The notes under the pieces were generated by a model. That model was not told the origin of the DNA and did no database searches. It was given only the letters and a program-made list of their open reading frames with translations. The translations under genes and the position numbers were made by a program. From a virus, in IMG/VR virus record IMGVR_UViG_3300029121_000001: 64,000 nucleotides of DNA, one strand, 5' to 3'. This document shows positions 57,624 through 64,000 of this stretch, in pieces (positions within the stretch are counted from its first letter, which is position 1; each line of letters opens with the position of its first letter).

Positions 57624-58367
57624 ATGCCAAAAACTATAACTCCTGAAATTCGTCAAAAATGTGAAGAGATTATTTATAAAACATTTTCTGCAATTGATCC
57701 TACTGGTGCTAATACAGAATATTATCAAAAACTATTTGCAGATATGTCTGATGCTGAATTCACTAAACTAATTTCTGGTAGACTTCCTTTTAGATATCAT
57801 GTAGCTCCTTTTGATAATGAGCCTAAGATGCCTGATATATTTAAGGCATTTAAAGTTCTTGGTAAACCTCTAATGGAAACTGTTAAGCTTCCTTATCTAG
57901 CAAAAAATGCTGATGGTACACCTATCGAAAGTCAAGAGTGTATGGTAGGATATTTAAATATCAAACGTCTAAAGCAGATGCTTACCAAAAAGAATAATAC
58001 TGCTATTGAAATTGCTAAGCGTGATATGAAACTAACTGGCAGACTTCAGAGTACAGATAAGGGTGGTCTAGAATCAAATAAGGAATTCGAGGGAGCAATG
58101 GCTCTAAACCTAGAGAATACTACTGTAGAATATGCTCGTGTTAAAGCTGCTGCTATGAAATCTAAAGCGGAAGCTTATAATACAATCAATGTTAAGGGTG
58201 AAGTTAGTTTCAATGATATTGATATGGATAAAAATGATAGTATTCCTAAGAATGCTATGAATGTGTATCTAATCGGTGCTAATATTCATAGTAATCTTAT
58301 TGATGAAAATTATTATACTCCATATACATTGGAACGTCATGCTAAACGTCTAGAAAGAAATAATTAA
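57624..58367 (+). CDS. possible multisubunit RNA polymerase beta-like C-terminal fragment
   Basis: Weak resemblance only: MVGYLNIKRLKQMLTKK versus beta G.MYMLKLHHLVDDK, and DKGGLESNKEFEGAMAL versus GGQRFGEMEVWAL. AAAGGAGAA RBS. Confidence 0.35.
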   Translation: MPKTITPEIRQKCEEIIYKTFSAIDPTGANTEYYQKLFADMSDAEFTKLISGRLPFRYHVAPFDNEPKMPDIFKAFKVLGKPLMETVKLPYLAKNADGTPIESQECMVGYLNIKRLKQMLTKKNNTAIEIAKRDMKLTGRLQSTDKGGLESNKEFEGAMALNLENTTVEYARVKAAAMKSKAEAYNTINVKGEVSFNDIDMDKNDSIPKNAMNVYLIGANIHSNLIDENYYTPYTLERHAKRLERNN

Positions 58368-58370
58368 AAA

Positions 58371-58415
58371 AAAAATAAAACCGGTAGAGGATTAAATCCT
58401 CTACCGGTCTTTTTA
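58371..58415. terminator. bidirectional terminator closing cassette locus 2 and gene 57624-58367
   Basis: ccggtagaggattaaatcctctaccgg flanked by an A-run and a T-run. Confidence 0.75.
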
Positions 58416-58513
58416 GGAGAAAATATTATGCCAACCAATATCCATCGTAGCAATGATATCGGCTAAATAAGATATCCAACCAGCACCGAAATCAGATATC
58501 TTTAATATTATGT

Positions 58514-58774
58514 TTAAATATAAAGTATTTTAGAAGTGACTTTTCCTGAATATTCAGCTTGTAGACGTATCAATATAAAATAGCCTTTATTATCTTCATT
58601 ACGCTCCATATAAATGCCTGATATTGTAAATGGATGACTAGTATTATCACTAACATCTTTTATATATATTATTTGTAATGGAATTTTTGGATCTGGTACA
58701 TAATATATTGCTAACGTGCCACGCTGTACAGTAGTAATTGCGTCATCTATTTTAATTTTAGTAGAAGCGTCATT
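58514..58774 (-). other. start-less ORF cassette C (type II, NDASTKIK...)
   Basis: Begins at variant junction AATGACGCTTCTA (58762-58774), 7 nt after the stop of cassette D. 86 codons ending SKILYI*; no RBS or start codon. Confidence 0.6.
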
Positions 58775-58780
58775 ATGCTT

Positions 58781-59014
58781 TTAAATATATATTATATTTG
58801 CATAGGTGCTATATTTATCAAAATAAAATGTATCATTACCACTACCATGTGCATATGCAGCATATAGTTTATTATTATATTTATATATACCAGAATATTC
58901 TTCTCTAATTGATGGTGAATTTAATAAATCGTATCCTATTATTATACCTGCTAGTACATATCCTTTGGTTGCATCGATATATATTCCATCAAGCCTTTTT
59001 ATAGAAGCGTCAGA
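58781..59014 (-). other. start-less ORF cassette D (type I, SDASIKRL...)
   Basis: Begins at junction core 59002-59016 directly after an in-frame TAA and terminator 59019-59060. 77 codons with no Met at all, ending ANIIYI*. Differs from cassette A partly by synonymous changes. Confidence 0.6.
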
Positions 59015-59018
59015 TTAT

Positions 59019-59060
59019 AAAAAAAAATAAAAAGGAGTGAAGAGTAAAATCTTCACTCCT
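59019..59060 (-). terminator. rho-independent terminator immediately upstream of cassette D
   Basis: aggagtgaagagtaaaatcttcactcct followed on the minus strand by TTTTTATTTTTTTTTT. Confidence 0.75.
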
Positions 59061-59066
59061 TTTATC

Positions 59067-59237
59067 TTATTTGAAGAATATATTAAATGTGTCCATGTCT
59101 GGACCGTTGACCATTACACGTACATTTCGTGCACACACACAACATGGTCCGATGCAGTATTGTTCTCTGCAAGAGCAGTGGCAGCTCTTTTCATCTGCAG
59201 CAATTGCATAATTGCTACCATATGTATAAACTACTTT
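59067..59237 (-). other. Cys-rich 56-codon ORF in frame with, and directly after, the TGA of 59238-59402
   Basis: KVVYTYGSNYAIAADEKSCHCSCREQYCIGPCCVCARNVRVMVNGPDMDTFNIFFK*. No in-frame ATG before codon 42, no RBS; the terminator follows this ORF, not the TGA. Confidence 0.45.
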
Positions 59238-59402
59238 TCATCCTTTAAAAGGAGGAATATAGTTCTCAACATCGATCGGGACAAATGCTCCGGATAGGAA
59301 ATCCAGTTCATTGATCCCGAGGATCTTGCACCTCCTAATATATTCTTCTTTACCGATTTTAAAATCGATGGGTTTACGACTCATGCGTAATACGTCAGCC
59401 AT
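59238..59402 (-). CDS. small hypothetical protein ending in TGA
   Basis: ATG at 59402 (MADVLRMSRK) with TAAGGAGGA RBS, downstream of promoter box/hairpin 59443-59491. Confidence 0.6.
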   Translation of the reverse strand: MADVLRMSRKPIDFKIGKEEYIRRCKILGINELDFLSGAFVPIDVENYIPPFKG

Positions 59403-59442
59403 AATAGTCCTCCTTAAGACTTTCAATATAATGAATATTCTT

Positions 59443-59491
59443 TCTAAGAAGGAATACATTTATCCTTCTTATCACTTTTATAATATATCAG
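59443..59491 (-). promoter_or_regulatory. TATTATAA box plus immediate stem-loop
   Basis: Minus strand CTGATATATTATAAAAGTGATAAGAAGGATAAATGTATTCCTTCTTAGA upstream of 59238-59402. Confidence 0.6.
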
Positions 59492-59540
59492 TGAAATATT
59501 AAAAAATGAAATAGGATATAAAATCCTATTTCATTTATAT

Positions 59541-60185
59541 TTAATTTCCTTTAGTACTCTTAACACCAAAGCTTATAGCATCATCTTCCCTATCAGGTCC
59601 TACCATGAACTTAGCTTTGATATTCCTATCTTCAAGAATTTCATTAACTTTCTTTACATAGTTATGAGCATCCTTTTCATAATTCTCACTACCGTGATCC
59701 TTAAAATCAGGATATCCACTATAAGTATCACCATTCATAAGTTCGATAAATGCTTTCGGAGAACTACTGTAGTATTTACCAAAAGAAGATTCTCGTTCAC
59801 CCTCATCATTAATATGATCTTTATCATTAAGATCAACATAATCACAACATCTTTTCAACTTTGGAAAATCCATTAAAGTAGATGTAGCAATTGTCATGAT
59901 TCTACGAATTTCTTCTTTTGTCAAATGCTCAGGAGTTTGTTCTTTTTTCTCTTCACTTTTGTTCTTATCAGATTCAGACTTTGAATCTGAAGAAGATGAT
60001 TTCTTATCGTTTGATTTAGAAGAAGTTTTTTCTTTTTTATCGTCTTCTTCATCATCTTCCTCGTCGTCATCCTCATCTTCGTCATCATCATTATCTTCAT
60101 CTTTATCATCGTCATCATCCAAATATTGTGCATATTTAGAAACATATTTTTCATTCAAGATAAACTTTTTGTTGAATATAGACAT
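59541..60185 (-). CDS. protein with poly-acidic and Ser/Lys-rich N-terminal half
   Basis: DDDDDKDEDNDDDEDEDDDEEDDEEDDKKEKTSSKSNDKKSSSSDSKSESDK; TAGGAGAA RBS. Confidence 0.6.
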   Translation of the reverse strand: MSIFNKKFILNEKYVSKYAQYLDDDDDKDEDNDDDEDEDDDEEDDEEDDKKEKTSSKSNDKKSSSSDSKSESDKNKSEEKKEQTPEHLTKEEIRRIMTIATSTLMDFPKLKRCCDYVDLNDKDHINDEGERESSFGKYYSSSPKAFIELMNGDTYSGYPDFKDHGSENYEKDAHNYVKKVNEILEDRNIKAKFMVGPDREDDAISFGVKSTKGN

Positions 60186-60211
60186 AATATATTCTCCTAA
60201 AAATAAAAGAA

Positions 60212-60721
60212 TTATTCAAGAAAATTATTATTTCTATCTCTAGTCATATAATCTTCTTTAATTCTTTCAGCCGTCATTTTAGTCATATCATTCTTAAATT
60301 CTTTATGGTTAAGACAATAATTATTATAATTGGTAATATCAAATAGTACTTGTTGGAAATGATCACGAGAATGATTCTTTCCATGACTAACTTCATCACC
60401 GAATCTTAAAATACGAGTTCTAGCTTCAACTGCTTTATTTTCATCAATAGTATAATCTATTTTATCGATCTTAGATTCTATACTATCAATTTGTTTTTGG
60501 ACCCTTTTGTTATTTTCATCTATCTTATTATTCATTCCATCAATCTTTTCTGATAAATCTTTAGTAATTGTACTCACTAGCCAATTATTAATATGGCCAA
60601 TAGGATCTATCTTTAAAGGATTAATTTTAATAAGAGTTCCGATAACAATAAGAATTCCAATTACAAGTCCAAGGTCTCCAGGCTTAGCAGTTATAGTTGT
60701 AAAGATCTCATATATAGACAT
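60212..60721 (-). CDS. membrane-anchored coiled-coil protein
   Basis: N-terminal TM (LGLVIGILIVIGTLI) followed by a heptad-rich segment; AAAAGGAGAT RBS. Confidence 0.6.
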   Translation of the reverse strand: MSIYEIFTTITAKPGDLGLVIGILIVIGTLIKINPLKIDPIGHINNWLVSTITKDLSEKIDGMNNKIDENNKRVQKQIDSIESKIDKIDYTIDENKAVEARTRILRFGDEVSHGKNHSRDHFQQVLFDITNYNNYCLNHKEFKNDMTKMTAERIKEDYMTRDRNNNFLE

Positions 60722-60784
60722 CTGGAAAAATCTCCTTTTATAATAAATATATTTGGTGCTTAACCAGAGCTATTAATGAGAACG

Positions 60785-62278
60785 CTATTTGTTAACAATA
60801 AATCTTGCTTTGTTCCCTCGTTTCAGATTTGTAGTAGTTTGAGGTTTACTATCTTCTATGATATGTCCATCATAGTAACATTTTTTCATGGACTCTTCAG
60901 TATCATGATCAGAAGTCCGTTCACTTTCTACAATTCTATTGCTCTGTGCTTTTGTCTTTTCGATAATCTTCTCATTTACATAACCACGGTCAATATAAAT
61001 TGCAATATAGAAATAGGTGTTAGGCGTATTAGAAGGAAGAATAATTTTTCTTTTTTTCCAATCCATTTGAATTGGTAACCGTCCAGTACCATCTATTGCT
61101 AAATCATTGGTATATATAGCGACTTCTATAAATACATCGGGATTTATGAATTGATTAATAGCATCTTGAATAAGATCATCCAAAGATGTACCAACCTTAA
61201 TATCTACCGGAGCTTTGAAAAGTTCTGTAATGTCTATGGATTCTATGCATTCTCCATCATCATTATCAGATGTATAATTACTATGACCATAGATAGGCCA
61301 ATGCTTATAATTTTCTTCAGGAATATCAAATACCTTCATAGAAACAACTTTAATAGCATCGTCTTTCTCAAGCTTAATAAATTCCTGAGTGTGCATTTCA
61401 TCATACAATGCAAATGTACGTACTGCAGGGAATCTAACTGCTATTTGAAATTCGATCATAAAGTTATTCTGAATCATTCCTACCTGATTTCCATCATCAA
61501 CATCAAGTTGATCTTGAAAATCAAGATGCACAGGAAGATTCCTCATTCTAAGAAAGTATTCATATTTCTGATTAATTTCTCTAAGCTTATATAGTATAGG
61601 CATCTGAGAATATTGATTAAGAAATCTTGTAAAATTCCATGGATCACTTACTTCTGTATTTGCAGCATCAACCATAAAACCAGAAGCTTTAGCCATCTCA
61701 ATAATCATGTCATTATCGAGATGAAAATCGCAATCTATATCTACTGTTTCTGTGCATCCTAAACGAAATACTTTACGAATTCTATTAAATAAATCTAACT
61801 GCTGAGCCTTTGTACTTACTCTAAATCTGAAGTTATAATTAATCATCATAGCTTCAAGATCCATACCAAGGTATACGCCTTTATGTGGACATTTAAAGAA
61901 GCTTCTCTGCCACTGAGACTTCTTTAAATACTTATTGGTACTAAGCAGATTCATATCGATATTATTGTCATTATAATCATATTGCACAGTGTAAGAAATT
62001 GCAACTGCAGGGTTATCCCTAATAGGGAAATTACCCTTCTGCAGTCTTCTGAAATCCTCAAATGGATGCTTACCTGAAACATGAATCGTAGTGAAATAAT
62101 TCTTAGGAAATCTACTCAAGACGTAATTGTAAATAAACTCAGTAGCTATAGATAAGGAGTGCACATAAGACGGTATAAAAAGATCACACTTTAGTGATGG
62201 ACGAAATCTATCTACATTAACTATATTTAGCATTTCTTCATCACTGATTTCCTGCTTAGAATCTATACTACTCGGCAT
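60785..62278 (-). CDS. hypothetical (possibly structural) protein; the only gene in the window ending in TAG
   Basis: 497-aa ORF, GAAAGGAGT RBS. TAG stop is followed 3 codons later by an in-frame TAA. Confidence 0.65.
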   Translation of the reverse strand: MPSSIDSKQEISDEEMLNIVNVDRFRPSLKCDLFIPSYVHSLSIATEFIYNYVLSRFPKNYFTTIHVSGKHPFEDFRRLQKGNFPIRDNPAVAISYTVQYDYNDNNIDMNLLSTNKYLKKSQWQRSFFKCPHKGVYLGMDLEAMMINYNFRFRVSTKAQQLDLFNRIRKVFRLGCTETVDIDCDFHLDNDMIIEMAKASGFMVDAANTEVSDPWNFTRFLNQYSQMPILYKLREINQKYEYFLRMRNLPVHLDFQDQLDVDDGNQVGMIQNNFMIEFQIAVRFPAVRTFALYDEMHTQEFIKLEKDDAIKVVSMKVFDIPEENYKHWPIYGHSNYTSDNDDGECIESIDITELFKAPVDIKVGTSLDDLIQDAINQFINPDVFIEVAIYTNDLAIDGTGRLPIQMDWKKRKIILPSNTPNTYFYIAIYIDRGYVNEKIIEKTKAQSNRIVESERTSDHDTEESMKKCYYDGHIIEDSKPQTTTNLKRGNKARFIVNK

Positions 62279-62311
62279 TATTCTACTCCTTTCTCTATAG
62301 AGATTATTATA

Positions 62312-62488
62312 TTAAAGTTCTGGATCACCAACAACGCACTCAGGACATTTTCTTTTATCAAGGCAATACTTGCAATCATATTTAAACTCACATGATTCTA
62401 TACACTTAGAATATGTAATCATGCAAAACATTTCTCCATCTTCTGATATAGATGAATAAATACAATTAAACTTAGATTTGTGTTCCAT
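62312..62488 (-). CDS. small Cys-rich protein (58 aa), not in ORF track
   Basis: MEHKSKFNCIYSSISEDGEMFCMITYSKCIESCEFKYDCKYCLDKRKCPECVVGDPEL*; AACAGGAGGT RBS 7 nt before the ATG; 9 Cys. Confidence 0.6.
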   Translation of the reverse strand: MEHKSKFNCIYSSISEDGEMFCMITYSKCIESCEFKYDCKYCLDKRKCPECVVGDPEL

Positions 62489-62540
62489 AATAAAACCTCC
62501 TGTTTATTAAAGTTTTAATATGGTGTTTTAAAATATGTAT

Positions 62541-62604
62541 TTAATCAAAAAAAAAATAAAGAGGAGTGGGCAAATGGAACCCACTCCTCAATATCGGATT
62601 ACTT
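62541..62604 (-). repeat. 64-bp terminator module, copy 2 (includes terminator 62547-62589)
   Basis: ttaatcaaaaaaaaaataaagaggagtgggcaaatggaacccactcctcaatatcggattactt. Confidence 0.8.
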
Positions 62605-62979
62605 CTTATCGATATTGGTATCGGTATCAGTAGTCTTGCCCGTTTCGCCCAATGCCAATGCTGAGTCAGTCATAAACCCAACATGATACGATGCCATCTG
62701 AAGTCTCATGATATTATCGAGCATATTGATACACACATCGATGATTGCGATCTGTGTATCAAGATCGCAATGCTTTTCGGTGATCTCCTGAATGCCATCG
62801 ATATTTTTGCAGATGGCATTGACAAGCTTATCACGATCAACACGGGCATTGATATATGCAAGATACTTCTTCCCTTCACGAGAACTGAGAAGCATCTCAG
62901 CAGCAACGTCTTCAATGCTCATGTTAACATTCTTATCACCATCCTGATGAATAAATCCGCGTCCTTTGTTCATGTCCAT
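62599..62979 (-). CDS. hypothetical protein
   Basis: ATG at 62979 (MDMNKGRG) with TTGGAGGT RBS (track start is a TTG inside the RBS). Confidence 0.6.
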   Translation of the reverse strand: MDMNKGRGFIHQDGDKNVNMSIEDVAAEMLLSSREGKKYLAYINARVDRDKLVNAICKNIDGIQEITEKHCDLDTQIAIIDVCINMLDNIMRLQMASYHVGFMTDSALALGETGKTTDTDTNIDKK

Positions 62980-63003
62980 AGTTTTAACCTCCAAAAATTA
63001 TTT

Positions 63004-63048
63004 CTAACAAAGGATCCATTTCCCTTTGTTTCATCTTTATAATATCTA
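63004..63048 (-). promoter_or_regulatory. TATTATAA box plus immediate stem-loop
   Basis: Minus strand TAGATATTATAAAGATGAAACAAAGGGAAATGGATCCTTTGTTAG upstream of 62599-62979. Confidence 0.6.
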
Positions 63049-63064
63049 TTTAAGATAATATAAA

Positions 63065-64000
63065 TTACAATTTATCGAGATCTATCGGAGTATTGTAATA
63101 ATATCTCGAGATGATATTTTTTAATCCTTGTACATCTTCAAGATCAAACAACTGATAATCTACCAATTCAGGTTTCTCGATAGGAAGAATATACATAGAT
63201 TGAAACTGAGTAGAGATAGCCTTGTATCTCATATCAAATTCTATAGGATTGTATCCTGATACATCCATAACTGCAAGTGCAGTATTTACAGATGCTTGAT
63301 TATAGAATTTAGTAGGATCAAGAAATCCATTTTGAATAGCCATAGATAGAATCTTCATAGCTTTAGGAATAGTAAATATAGCACTAATTCCTCTCTCAGT
63401 CACATTAGTCATTGTAAGAATATTTGATATAAAATTATTAGGAATATTATCTATTGGTGTAGATTTAAGTTTTCTATAAAATCCATAGAAATGAATCCAT
63501 AGATTACTATTATCTACAATAATAGAGCAATCTCCATCTTTATTCTTTATAGGCCTTAAAATTCTTACATTATACTCAGGAACCAATTGAAGCATTAAGA
63601 TATCTTTACTAATAACTATATTTTCAAAGCCATTAGCTATAGCATTTGATTTCTTAATAATGTGAGCTATCATAGATGATACTTCACATTGTCCAATATT
63701 AAAGAAATATATTTTAGGAAGATATTGTGTTATAACATTCAAGATTGCAAGATTATCATCTATAAGATTAGTAATTGGCTCTTTCTTCATATAGGATCTC
63801 ACAAATTTGCTGTTATATCCAGATACATAAGTCGAATTGGATTTAGGACAATTCAATCCATAAATAAGATATATTGTTGTACTTACACCAAGTCTTCTAA
63901 AGAATTGTCTATAATGTCCACACATATTCAATATAATAGCAGACATTTCATATCTACTTACAGATTTATATCCCCAAGCATCGATACTGTATAGACCTTT
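63065..64000 (-). CDS. possible FEN/RNase H-like 5'-3' exonuclease (5' end beyond window)
   Basis: Frame stays open upstream of ATG 63946 to the window edge. Loose colinearity with T4 RNase H (CEVSSMIAHIIKK versus YEADDHIAVLVKK; IVISKDILMLQL versus ILIISSDGDFTQL), with several acidic residues not conserved. Confidence 0.35.
   Translation of the reverse strand, partial: KGLYSIDAWGYKSVSRYEMSAIILNMCGHYRQFFRRLGVSTTIYLIYGLNCPKSNSTYVSGYNSKFVRSYMKKEPITNLIDDNLAILNVITQYLPKIYFFNIGQCEVSSMIAHIIKKSNAIANGFENIVISKDILMLQLVPEYNVRILRPIKNKDGDCSIIVDNSNLWIHFYGFYRKLKSTPIDNIPNNFISNILTMTNVTERGISAIFTIPKAMKILSMAIQNGFLDPTKFYNQASVNTALAVMDVSGYNPIEFDMRYKAISTQFQSMYILPIEKPELVDYQLFDLEDVQGLKNIISRYYYNTPIDLDKL

Noticed and set aside
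58417-58513. Possible fifth cassette (minus strand ATATCTGATTTCGGTGCT.. reading SDFGAGWISYLADIIATMDIGWHNIFS*)
   Set aside because: It shares only ATCTGA with the junction core, lies in a different frame from cassette C, and lacks the DAS.K start and I.YI end. Probably coincidental.
1-64000. Genome-wide stop-codon reassignment (TAG to Gln or TGA to Trp), as in some gut phages
   Set aside because: Long structural and enzymatic ORFs are intact under the standard code. About a dozen genes end in TGA with terminators or overlapping starts right after. No suppressor tRNA is visible. Only local oddities remain, and these are reported as findings.
1-64000. tRNA genes, rRNA, integrase or attachment site (prophage boundary)
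   Set aside because: No GTTCGAATC-type T-arm with a matching acceptor stem was seen outside coding or intron sequence. No tyrosine or serine recombinase motifs were seen in any ORF. Gene density and composition are uniform across the window.

Overview
Very AT-rich, densely packed 64 kb segment with about 80 CDS, more than 90% on the minus strand, and no rRNA, tRNA, CRISPR array or integrase that I could recognise. It reads as part of a large virulent tailed phage. The host is probably a low-GC Gram-positive: holin 4_1-like holin, CHAP+SH3b endolysin, LysM protein, and a ThyA with the Firmicutes-type insert. Two recognisable fragments of a multisubunit RNA polymerase (a beta-prime C-terminal half and a possible beta C-terminal piece) point to a jumbo-phage-type (phiKZ/AR9-like) transcription system. 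Recognisable modules: lysis cassette (1160-2794); a tandem array of paralogous small genes (2931-10745); a tail-fibre operon ending in a radical-SAM/SPASM enzyme (13925-17649); nucleotide metabolism (DHFR, ThyA, MYG1-like, 21160-24748); a family-B DNA polymerase (25496-28483); an SF2 helicase; a beta-helix tail spike; and two divergently oriented tail-fibre genes built from a roughly 60-aa 'TAWVNGKK' repeat (51356-55883). Four things seem most worth a second look. (1) The PolB gene is interrupted inside motif B by two paralogous ORF-less group I introns separated by a 12-nt micro-exon. (2) Two loci carry tandem start-less, promoter-less ORF cassettes that all begin at a conserved 15-nt junction AATCTGACGCTTCTA. 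(3) A tail-fibre-adjacent protein has a CXXX-repeat cysteine tail and sits in one operon with a SPASM radical-SAM maturase. (4) A TATTATAA box followed immediately by a stem-loop recurs at least 14 times, twice in a palindromic bidirectional form. All functional calls rest on motif recognition by eye; no homology search or RNA folding was run.
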